This document shows, in pieces, positions 22,156 to 33,893 of a stretch of 64,000 nucleotides of DNA (its first letter is position 1; the number at the start of each line of letters is the position of its first letter). The notes below the pieces were generated by a model. It was not told the origin of the DNA. It saw nothing but the letters and a program-made list of their open reading frames with translations, and made no database searches. Source of the stretch: an uncultured Bacteroidales bacterium (GTDB taxonomy: Bacteria; Bacteroidota; Bacteroidia; Bacteroidales; JAGOPY01); contig CAVPBC010000002.1 in NCBI GenBank assembly GCA_963701785.1, positions 2,596,124 to 2,660,123 of the forward strand, in the 5' to 3' direction. A program made the translations under genes and the position numbers.

Positions 22156-24594
22156 TTATTCCCTGATACGCATTTTATAAAAACTGCGGTAAACAAACAC
22201 CAGGGATATCATCAGGAATGCGATCCCGAAGTACGGCGCAATATCCCTGAATTGTGCAGCCAGGGCAATTTCCATAGCTAATAAACCGAAAAGGGTGGTG
22301 AATTTGATGATCGGGTTAAGGGCTACCGAACTGGTATCCTTGAACGGATCTCCGACTGTATCGCCAACAACGGTGGCATCATGCAACGGTGTCCCTTTTT
22401 GCTTCAGGTCAACTTCAACCACTTTCTTTGCATTATCCCATGCACCGCCGGCGTTTGCCATGAAGATGGCCTGGAAAAGCCCAAATACTGCGATGGAGAT
22501 GAGATAACTTACAAATAAGGAAACCGGCATAGCGGCTTTTAGTTTTTCAGCTGGAGTGCCAAGTTCATCGAAATTCATTGGTGCGGCCATAAAGGCGAAT
22601 GCCAGGGCAAAGAAGAAAATGGCAATGAATATATTGAACATACCTTTTTGAGCATAAACCGTGCAGATTTTGACCACTTCCTTTGATTTTTCCACCGATG
22701 CTTTCTTTTCGGCATTCGGGTCAAGGTTGATGTTCTTTTTAATATAGGCCACTGCGCGGTTTGCACCTGTTGAAACGGCCTGGATAGAAGCCCCGGAGAA
22801 CCAGTACACAACTGCACCGCCGAGGATAAATCCGAGAATTGAATAGGGATTCAACAGGTTCAGTATCTGTTCAGGTTCAACACCAAGGCTCTTCTTTATC
22901 ACCAGGATAAGTGAAAAGATCATGGTGGTTGCCCCGACGACTGCAGTGCCGATTAAAACCGGCTTGGCTGTAGCCTTGAAGGTATTGCCCGCCCCATCGT
23001 TAGCTTCAAGATAATGCTTGGATTTGGCAAAGTCAGGTTTGAAACCAAAATCTTTTTCGATTTCCTTATCAATATCCTTTATATCCTCTATCAGCGAAAG
23101 TTCATAAATTGACTGGGCATTGTCAGTAACAGGGCCGTAACTGTCGACGGCAATAGTGACAGGACCCATACCCAGCATCCCGAAGGCGACAAGCCCGAAG
23201 GCGAAAATGGCCTGGTAGTCCATGAACTCATGAAGGTTGAACGTACTGGAAATATAAGCCCCAAACATCAGGACGAAGAAAACCATACCCTGCCAGAAAG
23301 CGCTGAAATTACCAGCAACCAGGCCTGAAAGAATGGTCAGCGAAGCTCCGCCTTCCTTGGAAGCTTCAACAACTTCCTGCACGTGCCTTGATTTCGGACT
23401 GGTAAATATCTTGGTAAACTCCGGAATAAGCGCTGCGCCAAGCGTACCGAAACTGATGATGATAGATAAGGTGATCCATATCTGGTAATCCAGGTCACCG
23501 ATCATGAAGTAGCTGGCTACGAATGTTACAATAATAGAAAGTATAGAAGTTATCCAAACCAGTGAGGTAAGGGGCTGCTCAAAGTCAATATCGTCCTTAT
23601 TCCCGAAGCGTGCCTGGCTGATAGCCCTGTTTATCCAGTAAGCTACGATTGAAGTGATGATCATCAGGATACGCATAACAAAGATCCAGGTCAGCAACTG
23701 TGTCTGAATGGCAATATCGTGAACTGCGAGCAATATGAAAGAGATCAATGCCACACCGGTTACGCCGTATGTCTCAAAACCGTCGGCAGTAGGTCCAACT
23801 GAGTCACCTGCGTTGTCACCGGTACAGTCGGCAATTACACCAGGGTTCCTGGGATCATCCTCACCGATCTTAAAAACAACCTTCATCAGGTCAGAACCAA
23901 TATCAGCGATTTTTGTGAAAATTCCACCGGCTATCCTGAGGGCTGATGCGCCAAGGGATTCACCAATGGCAAAACCGATGAAACTGGCCCCGGCATACTT
24001 ACCAGGGACAAACATCAGGATGATGAGCATCATGATAAGTTCCACACAAATAAGAACCACGCCTATACTCATACCTGCAGCAAGTGGTATGTTTAAAAGT
24101 TTAATAGGTTTTCTTTCCAGGGAAGCAAAAGCCATCCTTGAATTGGCAAGGGTATTCATTCGGATTCCAAACCACGCCACGGCATATGAGCCGAGGATAC
24201 CAACAACGGTCCATCCAAGGATCATTAATACTCCGCCTATGCCAAATCCTCCTTCAGGATCTTTCGGGTCATGAGAGAGGTATCCGAAATAAAAAGCCAC
24301 GGTTGCACCGATAAAAACAAACAGGATCATTAAGAATTTGCCCTGTTGGAGAAGGTAAGTCTTGCAGGTTTCATAAATGACCTGTGCCACTTCGAGCATC
24401 GAATGGTGTGCCTTCAGTTTTTTAACCTGAACAAACTGGTAAAGACCGAACATCATTCCAAGCACGGTGATCAGAAAACCCCAGTATAAAATACTCTGGT
24501 TTTTGATATCCGCCGGGATCACCAGGTCGGCTTCACTGGCAAAAGTCAGTGCCGGTAGCAGAAAAACAGAAAGTAAAGTAAGTAGTTTTTTCAT
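22156..24594 (-). CDS. hppA: Membrane-integral cation-translocating pyrophosphatase, divergent K+-independent type
   Basis: GGIFTKIADIGSDL, EDDPRN, DCTGDNAGD, GNTFKATAK, GDTVGDPFKD; likely start MKKLL at 24594. Confidence 0.93.
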   Translation of the reverse strand: MKKLLTLLSVFLLPALTFASEADLVIPADIKNQSILYWGFLITVLGMMFGLYQFVQVKKLKAHHSMLEVAQVIYETCKTYLLQQGKFLMILFVFIGATVAFYFGYLSHDPKDPEGGFGIGGVLMILGWTVVGILGSYAVAWFGIRMNTLANSRMAFASLERKPIKLLNIPLAAGMSIGVVLICVELIMMLIILMFVPGKYAGASFIGFAIGESLGASALRIAGGIFTKIADIGSDLMKVVFKIGEDDPRNPGVIADCTGDNAGDSVGPTADGFETYGVTGVALISFILLAVHDIAIQTQLLTWIFVMRILMIITSIVAYWINRAISQARFGNKDDIDFEQPLTSLVWITSILSIIVTFVASYFMIGDLDYQIWITLSIIISFGTLGAALIPEFTKIFTSPKSRHVQEVVEASKEGGASLTILSGLVAGNFSAFWQGMVFFVLMFGAYISSTFNLHEFMDYQAIFAFGLVAFGMLGMGPVTIAVDSYGPVTDNAQSIYELSLIEDIKDIDKEIEKDFGFKPDFAKSKHYLEANDGAGNTFKATAKPVLIGTAVVGATTMIFSLILVIKKSLGVEPEQILNLLNPYSILGFILGGAVVYWFSGASIQAVSTGANRAVAYIKKNINLDPNAEKKASVEKSKEVVKICTVYAQKGMFNIFIAIFFFALAFAFMAAPMNFDELGTPAEKLKAAMPVSLFVSYLISIAVFGLFQAIFMANAGGAWDNAKKVVEVDLKQKGTPLHDATVVGDTVGDPFKDTSSVALNPIIKFTTLFGLLAMEIALAAQFRDIAPYFGIAFLMISLVFVYRSFYKMRIRE

Positions 24595-24746
24595 ATTGGT
24601 TGTTTTTTGGTTTTGAAAATAGTGAGGAAAGCAAAAGTAAAAAAGTATTTTACAAATACAACCCCATTTTATCAACAGAGCGGAGTTAGCTGCAAAAAAT
24701 ATTCTACTTTTATCCATCAAAAAAAATCGCTGTAAATAGTTAATGG

Positions 24747-25331
24747 ATGGATAAGATCAGGCTTGAAATTGTGGGAATGTCATACAGCCAGTCACAAAGT
24801 GGCGCCTATGCGCTTATCCTTGGTGAGGTCAAAGGGAAGAGGAGACTCCCGATTATTATCGGAGGCTTTGAAGCACAAGCTATTGCGGTTGAACTGGAAA
24901 AAATGAAACCCACGAGACCGTTAACTCATGATCTATTTAAAAGTTTTGCCGATACTTACCTTGTTCAGCTAAAGGAAGTGATCATAGATCAATTTAAACA
25001 GGGGGTTTTTCATGCAAAACTGGTATGTGTGCAAAATAATATTGAAAACCTGATTGATTCAAGGACTTCTGATGCGGTTGCCCTGGCTATCCGGTTTAAA
25101 TGCCCCATATTTACGTATGAAAATATAATTGCAGAAGCAGGGATGATCATGGATGAAAATGCCTCAACGCCTGACCCCCTTACCAGCCCGGTTGATGAAC
25201 CTTCTGAACCGGCATTTGAGGAATATACCCTGAGTGAACTGGAAGAAATGTTGCAAAAAGCTGTTGAACATGAAGACTATGAAAAGGCTTCGATGATCAG
25301 GGACGAGATCAGAAAGAGGAAGAATGAATGA
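24747..25331 (+). CDS. Bifunctional nuclease family (DUF151) with UvrB/C motif
   Basis: LPIIIGGFEAQAI, RPLTHDL, DSRTSDAVALA; C-terminal AVEHEDYEKASMIRDEI. Confidence 0.9.
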   Translation: MDKIRLEIVGMSYSQSQSGAYALILGEVKGKRRLPIIIGGFEAQAIAVELEKMKPTRPLTHDLFKSFADTYLVQLKEVIIDQFKQGVFHAKLVCVQNNIENLIDSRTSDAVALAIRFKCPIFTYENIIAEAGMIMDENASTPDPLTSPVDEPSEPAFEEYTLSELEEMLQKAVEHEDYEKASMIRDEIRKRKNE

Positions 25332-25423
25332 CATCCCCGGAATATCCCGGAAGCATACCTGTAAGAACATGAATGAATAAAATGCTCTTCAGGTTTTTTT
25401 AATAATAACTAAACACCTGGCAA

Positions 25424-26842
25424 ATGAAAGTTAAATACCTGCTGTTAACCATTTTATTTGTTTTGCTCAGTATGCTTCCAAATATTGTTTCAGCACAGAC
25501 AGGAGCGGAAGTCGCCCAGGCGATAGGGAAGGCAGGTAATGGATTTTCGATCAATTCTTTGCTCAGGGGACTACTTGGCATGGTTGTCCTGATTGGAATA
25601 TGTTTTGTCTTCAGCACGAACAGAAGGGCTATCAGCTGGAGGGTGGTAATATTCGGCCTCCTTTTCCAGCTCGTCCTGGCCATTGCAGTGCTGAAGGTGC
25701 CGGCAATTCAGCACATTATTGAGTTTATAGCAAAAATATTTATCAAGATCCTGGATTCTTCCAATGCCGGAAGCGCATTCCTCTTTAAATCATTCGTTAC
25801 TAGTAAGGTGGAAATCGGACTGATCAATTTTGCATTCCAGATACTGCCTACTATTATATTTTTCTCAGCACTGACCAGTGTTTTGTTTTATTACGGCATA
25901 ATCCAGAAAGTGGTATACGGAATGGCATGGTTGCTTACCAAAGTATTGCGTATTTCAGGGGCTGAAGGCCTTGTGGCATCGAGCAATATATTTCTTGGTC
26001 AGACAGAAGCCCCGTTTCTTATTAAAGAATATCTTCCTAAAATGAACAGGTCTGAAATAATGCTGGTCATGGTAGCAGGCATGGCAACCATGGCAGGCGG
26101 AGTCCTGGCAATATATATCGGTTTGCTGGGTGGCGACGATCCTGTTGGGAAAATGCTGTTTGCCAAACACCTGATTACAGCTTCAGTTATGGCGGCCCCT
26201 GCTGCTGTCGTTACTTCGAAAATACTGGTTCCGCAAACTGAAAAGATCGAAAGCGATATTAAGATCACCAAGGATAGGATCGGTGACAATATACTGGATG
26301 CTATCGCAAACGGCACCGGCTCGGGACTAAGATTAGCTGTAAACGTAGCTGCTATGCTGATTGCCTTCATCGCTCTGATCTACTTTATTAATTTCACCCT
26401 TGGAAAAATTGGTGACTGGACCCACCTTAACACCATGATCGCGAGTTTGACCGGTGGTGTCTATGAAAAATTCAGCCTGCAATTTCTCCTCGGTTATTCA
26501 CTTGCACCCCTGACGTGGTTAATGGGCGTGAGTGCGCGTGATATGACACTGGTCGGGCAGTTACTGGGTGAAAAGATAATCCTGAATGAGATGATTGGTT
26601 ATGCGAGCCTGAAGGAACTGGTCACAGCCGGGGCATTTTATGATCAAAAATCCATCATCCTGGCCGTCTATGTCCTCTGCGGTTTTGCCAATTTTTCATC
26701 TGTCGGGATCCAGATCGGAGGAATTAGCGCAATAGCCCCGAACCAGCGTAAAACCCTGTCAAGTCTTGGGTTCCGGGCACTTCTGGGGGGAGGGATGACC
26801 GCTTTGTTATCCGCGACACTGGTTGCGATGATTTTAGGCTAG
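25424..26842 (+). CDS. nupC: CNT/NupC family nucleoside transporter
   Basis: LPTIIFFSAL, IFLGQTEAP, NEMIGY, LCGFANFSSVGIQIGG. Confidence 0.9.
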   Translation: MKVKYLLLTILFVLLSMLPNIVSAQTGAEVAQAIGKAGNGFSINSLLRGLLGMVVLIGICFVFSTNRRAISWRVVIFGLLFQLVLAIAVLKVPAIQHIIEFIAKIFIKILDSSNAGSAFLFKSFVTSKVEIGLINFAFQILPTIIFFSALTSVLFYYGIIQKVVYGMAWLLTKVLRISGAEGLVASSNIFLGQTEAPFLIKEYLPKMNRSEIMLVMVAGMATMAGGVLAIYIGLLGGDDPVGKMLFAKHLITASVMAAPAAVVTSKILVPQTEKIESDIKITKDRIGDNILDAIANGTGSGLRLAVNVAAMLIAFIALIYFINFTLGKIGDWTHLNTMIASLTGGVYEKFSLQFLLGYSLAPLTWLMGVSARDMTLVGQLLGEKIILNEMIGYASLKELVTAGAFYDQKSIILAVYVLCGFANFSSVGIQIGGISAIAPNQRKTLSSLGFRALLGGGMTALLSATLVAMILG

Positions 26843-26844
26843 GA

Positions 26845-26872
26845 TAGAATCTAGAATCTAGAAATTAGAAAT
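26845..26872. repeat. Heptamer tandem repeat (TAGAAWY)x4
   Basis: tagaatc tagaatc tagaaat tagaaat, right after the nupC stop. Confidence 0.7.
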
Positions 26873-26890
26873 TTGGTTTAGGTTCCTTAT

Positions 26891-27685
26891 ATGAAACAAT
26901 ACCTTGATTTACTTGAACATGTGTTGAAGAACGGGGTTGAGAAATCAGACCGTACAGGAACAGGTACGATCAGTGTATTTGGCTACCAGATGCGTTTTGA
27001 TCTTGGAAATAGCTTTCCTGTCATGACTACTAAGAAATTGCACCTGCGCTCAATCATCCATGAATTGCTATGGTTCCTGAAAGGTGAAACAAACCTGGAT
27101 TATTTGCATGCAAATAAGGTGACGATCTGGGACGAATGGGCTGATGAGAATGGTGAACTGGGGCACATTTATGGATATCAATGGCGATCATGGCCAGCTC
27201 CTGACGGGCGTTTTATCGACCAGATAACCAATGTTGTTAGATCGATCAAGGAAAATCCCGATTCCAGGCGGCATATTGTGAGCGCATGGAATGTCGGCGA
27301 GCTTGATAAAATGGCATTGCCTCCCTGTCACGTTCTGTTCCAGTTCTATGTCGCCGGCGGAAAACTTTCATGTCAGCTATATCAGCGAAGTTGCGATATT
27401 TTCCTGGGTGTGCCTTTCAATATTGCCTCTTATGCCCTCCTGACAAGGATGATGGCTCAGGTCACAGGATTAAAGCCGGGTGAATTTATTCATACGCTGG
27501 GGGATGCTCATATCTATCTGAACCATATAGATCAGGTTAAACTTCAATTAATGCGTGAACCTTATCCGTTGCCACAAATGAACATTAACCCGGGGAAAAA
27601 TGATATTTTTGGTTTTGTCTTTGAAGATTTCCAGCTGGCAAATTATCAGTCACATCCCCATATTAAAGGAGAGATTTCGATATGA
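26891..27685 (+). CDS. thyA: Thymidylate synthase
   Basis: DRTGTGT, ELLWFL, DSRR, LPPCH, YQRSCD, GDAHIY. Confidence 0.98.
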   Translation: MKQYLDLLEHVLKNGVEKSDRTGTGTISVFGYQMRFDLGNSFPVMTTKKLHLRSIIHELLWFLKGETNLDYLHANKVTIWDEWADENGELGHIYGYQWRSWPAPDGRFIDQITNVVRSIKENPDSRRHIVSAWNVGELDKMALPPCHVLFQFYVAGGKLSCQLYQRSCDIFLGVPFNIASYALLTRMMAQVTGLKPGEFIHTLGDAHIYLNHIDQVKLQLMREPYPLPQMNINPGKNDIFGFVFEDFQLANYQSHPHIKGEISI

Positions 27686-28170
27686 AAAAGATATCCATCA
27701 TAGTAGCTATTGCAAATAATTTTGCCATTGGATTGAATAACCAGTTGCTCTGGCATATACCTGCCGATCTTAAAAGATTCAAAAAAATAACAAGCGGCCA
27801 CCAGGTGATCATGGGAAAGCTGACTTACCTGAGCTTGCCGGTCCGCCCGCTGCCAAACAGGATAAATATTGTAATCACCGATAACATCAAGGAATCATTT
27901 GAAGGTTGTACGACCGTGTATTCAATTGATGAGGCTTTAAAATTGTGCCATGAAAGTGAGGAAAGCTTTATTATCGGGGGAGGATCTGTATACCGGCAAT
28001 TTCTTCCATACAGCAACAAGCTTTATATCACTATGGTCCATAAAGATTTTGAGGCGGATACTTTTTTCCCGCGTTTTGAGATGGATCAATGGAAACTAAT
28101 GGAGAGAGAAGACCACGATCCGGATGGCGTAAATGATTTTTCTTATTCTTTCCTTACTTTTGAAAAATAA
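27682..28170 (+). CDS. folA: Dihydrofolate reductase
   Basis: [37 protein letters not shown]; ATGA overlap with thyA. Confidence 0.96.
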   Translation: MKKISIIVAIANNFAIGLNNQLLWHIPADLKRFKKITSGHQVIMGKLTYLSLPVRPLPNRINIVITDNIKESFEGCTTVYSIDEALKLCHESEESFIIGGGSVYRQFLPYSNKLYITMVHKDFEADTFFPRFEMDQWKLMEREDHDPDGVNDFSYSFLTFEK

Positions 28171-28214
28171 AAACAGATAAATGTAAGTTTATCTAATCAA
28201 GAAATCTGTTAAAG

Positions 28215-29045
28215 ATGAAGAAGATCGTTTTCGCCATATTACTGCTGATTCCCATTCTCTGGTTAAGCTCATGTAATGAAGAAACTTCAGAAATTGATTA
28301 TAACCCAAACGTGCTTTCAGCTAAAGATTATATCAGTGCAGAAGATGCCATTCTGGAAATTGTCAATGCATTTTTAAAAGGTATTAACGATACGCTTGTG
28401 TTAAATAGTAATTATGGATTCATTGATTACTGCGATGTTCAGTACTTTCCCTCTGAAAATGCTTTGAGGTTCAGCTATGGGGAAGTGAACAGGATGTGTC
28501 CGGATAATAAATTCAGGAGAGGGCTGTATTGGGCCAACTTTTCAGGCCCGTTATTCGATGAAGGCATCTCTGCTAACATATTTACCGACAGCCTTTTCGT
28601 AGATAATTTACTGGTTGAAGCGAATATGGATATTAAAAACCTGGGTTTAAACAGCAATAACCTTCCGGAATATTCATTGACAGTAAATTCTTCCATGATC
28701 ATGCTTCCGGATACTGCAAAAATAAATGGTGTAAGTATTACAACATCATATAATATGGTATGGTCACAAGGATCTGCGACCCCTGCAATTCATGAAGATG
28801 ACATTTACCTGATCAGTGGCACAGCTTCAGGTATTTCATCCAACGGCACTGATTTTTCTGTTGCCATTACTGAATCCCTGACGAATTATCTTGATTGCTT
28901 CTGGATATCACAGGGATCCAGCCAGATTACTGTGCCAATAGCAGAATTCCCGACCGGGGATATTGATTATATTATGGAAGATGGGTGCAATAATGAAATT
29001 CACTTCTATTTTAACGACAACCTATTTTACCATTTTATCAAATAA
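28215..29045 (+). CDS. Hypothetical lipoprotein
   Basis: Lipobox LSSC followed by an acidic stretch; beta-rich; no family recognised. Confidence 0.7.
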   Translation: MKKIVFAILLLIPILWLSSCNEETSEIDYNPNVLSAKDYISAEDAILEIVNAFLKGINDTLVLNSNYGFIDYCDVQYFPSENALRFSYGEVNRMCPDNKFRRGLYWANFSGPLFDEGISANIFTDSLFVDNLLVEANMDIKNLGLNSNNLPEYSLTVNSSMIMLPDTAKINGVSITTSYNMVWSQGSATPAIHEDDIYLISGTASGISSNGTDFSVAITESLTNYLDCFWISQGSSQITVPIAEFPTGDIDYIMEDGCNNEIHFYFNDNLFYHFIK

Positions 29046-29049
29046 AGCA

Positions 29050-30319
29050 TCAGGTCTTCCTCTTTTGCTGTCTCGCCGCCGGGAAAAGAATATTGTTCAG
29101 GATCAGCCGGTATCCCGGTGAATTGGGGAACAGGTCCAGTTCTGTAGGAGGGTCACCGACACGATGAGAATAATCTTCCGGATCATGTCCTCCGTAGAAT
29201 GTCCAGAATCCTTTTCCGAATTCACCGTGAATATAACGTGCTTCGTTAAGTGGTTTGTTTTCGCCCATGACTAAAACGCTGGATTTGACCAGGGACTTTG
29301 TTAAAGGCAGTTGTTTGCCCCATGAATGCTTTTATGACCTGTGTATGGCTCTGGCAAAGCATGGTTGGGATAGGGTCCCATTTGGCCGAAAATTCAAAAA
29401 GGGTAAAAAAGTCCTTACCTTCAAGATTTTGTGGCCTGGTATTCGTCACATCGATAGATGAAATTTCATATTCGTAGGGGTTGTTGATCAGGGTAAAATT
29501 GCTGAAAGCAAAACAATTATCATAATTCAGCTTCTGCTGTGCATCAGGGTCCATCGGGTCACCATCAAAAACTATATCACAAATATCAACGCCGTCGGCA
29601 GATAATGCAACATCGTAACTGTCAGGTGCTGAACACATAGCAAACAGGTATCCGCCTCCAATTACATAATCCCTGATCTTTTGTGATACCGCCAGTTTGC
29701 ACTCAGAGACTTTCTCAAAACCGAGTAACCGGGCCGTTTCTTCATTTATCCTGACATCTTCCTGGTACCAGGGAAAGCTTTTGTAAGCTGCCCAGAACTT
29801 GCCATACTGCCCTGTGAAATCTTCATGATGCAGGTGAAGCCAGTCATACATCGGCAAAATCCCTTCTATCACTTCAGTATCATATATTATATCATAGGGT
29901 ATTTCTGCATAGGTCAGCACGAGCGTGACAGCATCATCCCAGGGAAGCTTGTTTTTAGGGGAATAGACAGCAATCCGGGGTGCTTTGTGCAATTTCACGG
30001 CATCCATATTCACCTGCGGATCAGCTATCTCCTGGAGAATACTGGTGGATTGAACATCAGCTATGACCTGGTAACTTACACCACGGATAATACACTCATC
30101 TTCAAATGTTTTGTTATGAAGGAACATGTAGCTTCCGCCCCGGTAATTCAACAGCCAGTAAATCTCGACATCATAAGTCAGTACCCAATAGGCAATCCCG
30201 TAAGCCTTAAGATGATTCTTCTGGGTATCATCCATCGGGATCAGGATATATGCTGCCGATGCCTGGCGGACAGAAAGAAAAAGAAAAACCAGTATGATAG
30301 TAAGTTTAATTGTTTTCAT
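29050..30319 (-). CDS. Conserved secreted Bacteroidota protein with GATase-like fold, often annotated 'asparagine synthetase B' (frameshift ~29290)
   Basis: Signal peptide, HLKAYG, PWDDAV, HLHHEDFTGQ, FAMCSA, GGHDPED. Confidence 0.75.
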
Positions 30320-30379
30320 GACTACATTAAACGTGAAATGACGACAAATGTTTTTAAAGATATAAATTTGCATGGTGAA

Positions 30380-31255
30380 CTATCCTGACCTTCTTTGGAT
30401 GATAAGCCCTAATGTAATAAATGCAAGGCCAGCAAAAGTTGTCCACAGGATATTTTCCCCGACAACCACATTTATGAGGATAAGTGAGATAAAAGGAGCA
30501 ATGAACAGCAGATTGCTGACTTTTGCCGTAGTCGAGGATAGTTGCAGTCCCATCAGCCAGAAGACATAGGCAATGCCCATTTCAAAAGTGCCAATGTATA
30601 TGATGCCGGCAACAGCCGGCCAGGATGGCCATGTCAGGATATCCATGATAATGGCAGTGATAAGGATATAGATGAATCCAAAGAAAAAATTCAGGAAAAG
30701 CTTCACGACTTCATCCCGCTTATCCCTGATATTGACAATCCAGAATACCGACCAGATGATAGTACTGCTTAATGCCAGGATGACCCCCGGTGGATTTGCG
30801 AATTTCAGAGATAGCAGATCACCCTTAGTAATTATGATCACAATGCCAGAAAAGCTGATGATAATGGCCATTACACTTTTCCACCCGATCTTTTGCTTCA
30901 GGATTAAAATGGACAATAACGTCAGGGGCAGGGGCCAAGTGAAATTAATGACCATGGCCTCCTGGGTGAGTAAAAGGTCATAAGAATAAAACAGGACGAT
31001 ATAAAACAGGAAAGGGTTGAGTAATCCGTTCAGGGCCGAGTGAAAGATGCTTGCACTGCCTGAAGCCATCAATATCGGTAATTTCTTCTGAATAACCAGG
31101 ATGATGAATAGCACAACGATGGAAACGAAGGATGCGTAAAGCAACATCTGGACAGGGGAGAGGTGCCGGAGCGTCAGTTTGAAGGCCGATCCGACTGTCG
31201 ACCACATCAGGACTGCAGTGCCTGCGTAAAGATATGCCTTGTTCTGACGTGTCAT
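30380..31255 (-). CDS. EamA/DMT family transporter
   Basis: About 10 TM segments in two EamA repeats. Confidence 0.85.
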   Translation of the reverse strand: MTRQNKAYLYAGTAVLMWSTVGSAFKLTLRHLSPVQMLLYASFVSIVVLFIILVIQKKLPILMASGSASIFHSALNGLLNPFLFYIVLFYSYDLLLTQEAMVINFTWPLPLTLLSILILKQKIGWKSVMAIIISFSGIVIIITKGDLLSLKFANPPGVILALSSTIIWSVFWIVNIRDKRDEVVKLFLNFFFGFIYILITAIIMDILTWPSWPAVAGIIYIGTFEMGIAYVFWLMGLQLSSTTAKVSNLLFIAPFISLILINVVVGENILWTTFAGLAFITLGLIIQRRSG

Positions 31256-31263
31256 GAATAAGG

Positions 31264-32802
31264 TTATGGATGGATGGCCCAGGATGGTAATGAAAGATCA
31301 GGAGCACCAAATACGATACCTGCCAGGAAATATGTAAAAAGTGTAATGATCACTGCGCCGACCAGGTTAATAACCAGCCCGGTTTTAGCCATATCGGCTA
31401 TTGTCAACCTGTTCGTGCCAAAGATGATGGCGTTTGGCGGTGTGGCAACCGGAAGCATAAATGCCATCGAAGCTGATAAAGTTGCGGGAAGCATGAGGAA
31501 CAAAGGGTTTACTTCGATGGAGACCGCGAGACCGGCAAGGATGGGCAGGATCATTTCTGTGGTAGCGGTGTTGGATGTTAATTCGGTCAGGAAAGTTACC
31601 AGTAAGGAGATCATCAGGATAACAATAATTGGATGCATGCCTGATAGCCAGTTCAGCTGTTCGCCAAACCAGGTTGAAAGACCCGACTCCTTAAATCCGG
31701 TAGCCAGAGCAAATCCTCCGCCGAAAAGCAGGACAATGTGCCAGGGTAATTTTGCCGCTGTCTCCCACGTTAATATCTGCTTTCCATGATCATTTTTTGA
31801 AGGGATGAAAAACAGGATAACGGCCATCAGGATCGCAACGGTGCCATCGTTCACATACTCAGGACTATTAAAAATACCTGCCCAGCCCGGAATAACGAAC
31901 CTGTCAAAGTCCAGGTCTGACCTGGTTAACCATAATAAGGCCAGTATAATAAAATCGGCAAGGATTATTTTTTCTTCAAATGATAATGGTCCCAGGTTAT
32001 GGTATTGCTGCCTGAAAACCCCTTTCTCCAGGTTAGTCCATTGGCCTTTCCGAGGGCCAAACCTGAAATAAAGGTACCACCACACAAATAGGAATAGGCA
32101 GAGCGCAACAGGAAATGCAAAGAGCAACCATGAGGTAAAACTCACTTCAGGTGCTTCAGGAAACATGATCTGGAAGATCCTCATGAAGGATAAATTGGGC
32201 GGCGTGCCCACGAGTGTAGCTATTCCACCTATTGATGCACTGTATGCCACCCCGAGCAGCAAGCCGATCGCAAATTTCGACATAACACTTTTTTCGATTG
32301 TCTCTTCCAGTTTCTGCATAACCGAGATCAGGATGGGTACCATCATCATCGCCGTGGCCGTATTGGAAATCCACATCGATAAAAAAGCCGTGGCAAGCAT
32401 AAATCCAAGCAGGATACTGGCAGGGTGGGCTCCGGTTAACATCAGGATCCGTAAGGCAATCCGCTTGTGCAGGTTCCATCTTTGCATGGCAAGGGCAACA
32501 AGGAACCCGCCAATAAATAGGAAAATCACGTGGTTGAAGTAAGTTGCCGATACGTCTTTGCCATCCATGATACCAAGCAATGGGAAAAGAACAACAGGCA
32601 AAAGTGAAGTGGCTGCAAGTGGAATGATTTCGGTGATCCACAGGACAGCCATTAAAAAACCCACGGCCAGGGTATTGGTCACAGCTGTATTCTCCGGGTC
32701 CAGGTCGATAAAAAATACCAGGAACAGGAAAACTGCCGGGCCAATGATATAGCCGGTCAACAAACGGGGTGAATGTAAAAGGTTCCTTAAACTAGAGTAC
32801 AT
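31264..32802 (-). CDS. SLC13/DASS sodium:dicarboxylate/sulfate symporter
   Basis: Two SNT motifs (WISNTAT, LTSNTAT), GTPPN, PVATPPNA. Confidence 0.92.
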   Translation of the reverse strand: MYSSLRNLLHSPRLLTGYIIGPAVFLFLVFFIDLDPENTAVTNTLAVGFLMAVLWITEIIPLAATSLLPVVLFPLLGIMDGKDVSATYFNHVIFLFIGGFLVALAMQRWNLHKRIALRILMLTGAHPASILLGFMLATAFLSMWISNTATAMMMVPILISVMQKLEETIEKSVMSKFAIGLLLGVAYSASIGGIATLVGTPPNLSFMRIFQIMFPEAPEVSFTSWLLFAFPVALCLFLFVWWYLYFRFGPRKGQWTNLEKGVFRQQYHNLGPLSFEEKIILADFIILALLWLTRSDLDFDRFVIPGWAGIFNSPEYVNDGTVAILMAVILFFIPSKNDHGKQILTWETAAKLPWHIVLLFGGGFALATGFKESGLSTWFGEQLNWLSGMHPIIVILMISLLVTFLTELTSNTATTEMILPILAGLAVSIEVNPLFLMLPATLSASMAFMLPVATPPNAIIFGTNRLTIADMAKTGLVINLVGAVIITLFTYFLAGIVFGAPDLSLPSWAIHP

Positions 32803-32908
32803 GTAGTGGTTTTCCAAGAATGATAAACGAAGATAAATATTTAAGCTTGTCTCCAATCATAAACCCTTAAATATTATTAGCTTTGCACGCTTATAACATG
32901 TTTTTATT

Positions 32909-33856
32909 ATGAAAAAGCTTGGTGTTGTTGCTTTTGGAGGTAATGCCCTTATTACCGAAAAACAAAAAGGGACCATAGAAGACCAGGAAGAAAATGCTTA
33001 TAAAACCTGTGAGCGTTTATTGGTCTTGATCGACCAGGGTGGTTACGACCTTGTAATCACACACGGGAACGGTCCGCAGGTCGGGAATATCATGCTGGCA
33101 AACGCGGCCGGAGAGAAACTTTATGGCGTGCCTGAAATGCCCCTCGATATCTGTGTCGCCTATTCGCAGGGTTTTATAGGTTATGTCATTGAACAGCAAT
33201 TAAGAAACGTCCTCCGGGAAAATGATATTGACCGCGACATTATTACGATTATCACCCAGGTGCTTGTAAATAATGATGACCCTGCATTCCTGAATCCTGT
33301 CAAACCGATCGGCCCGTTTTATACCAAAGAAGAATCCGATAAGAACAGTAAACTGACAGGTAACATTTTTGCAGAAGATCCAAGGGGCAGGGGATACCGG
33401 AAAGTGGTGGCTTCACCGAGGCCTCTCGTCATCTACAATACGAAAACGATAGAAAGGATCGCCCGTGAAGGTCAGATTGTTATAGCAGTAGGTGGTGGTG
33501 GCATTCCTGCCTACTACAAAACTGAATATAAACTCCAGGGGATTGATGCCGTTATCGATAAAGATCATGCATCGGCACTTCTTGCATCACAAATTGGTGC
33601 TTACCGGTTCTTTATCCTGACCGATGTGCCGAAAGTCTGCCTGAATTTCAATACACCGCAGGAAAAAACCATCAGCCGTATGAACATAGCACAAGCAAAA
33701 AGGTATCTTGCAGAAGGACATTTTTCAGAAGGCAGTATGGCACCTAAGATCCGTGCAGCCATTTACTTCGTGGAACACAGCGGGCGGGACGCCATCATAA
33801 CCCAGACGACACTGCTCGGCGTGGATGATGGCGGAACAAGAGTCACCATAGTATAA
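32909..33856 (+). CDS. arcC: Carbamate kinase
   Basis: [39 protein letters not shown]; -7 box TAGCTTTG at 32878-32885. Confidence 0.95.
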   Translation: MKKLGVVAFGGNALITEKQKGTIEDQEENAYKTCERLLVLIDQGGYDLVITHGNGPQVGNIMLANAAGEKLYGVPEMPLDICVAYSQGFIGYVIEQQLRNVLRENDIDRDIITIITQVLVNNDDPAFLNPVKPIGPFYTKEESDKNSKLTGNIFAEDPRGRGYRKVVASPRPLVIYNTKTIERIAREGQIVIAVGGGGIPAYYKTEYKLQGIDAVIDKDHASALLASQIGAYRFFILTDVPKVCLNFNTPQEKTISRMNIAQAKRYLAEGHFSEGSMAPKIRAAIYFVEHSGRDAIITQTTLLGVDDGGTRVTIV

Positions 33857-33889
33857 TTCAAAATTAAAAATTAAAAATTCAAAATTTAT
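33855..33889. repeat. Heptamer tandem repeat (AATTMAA)x4-5
   Basis: aattcaa aattaaa aattaaa aattcaa aatttat, filling the arcC-argF spacer. Confidence 0.7.
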
Positions 33890-33893
33890 ATTT

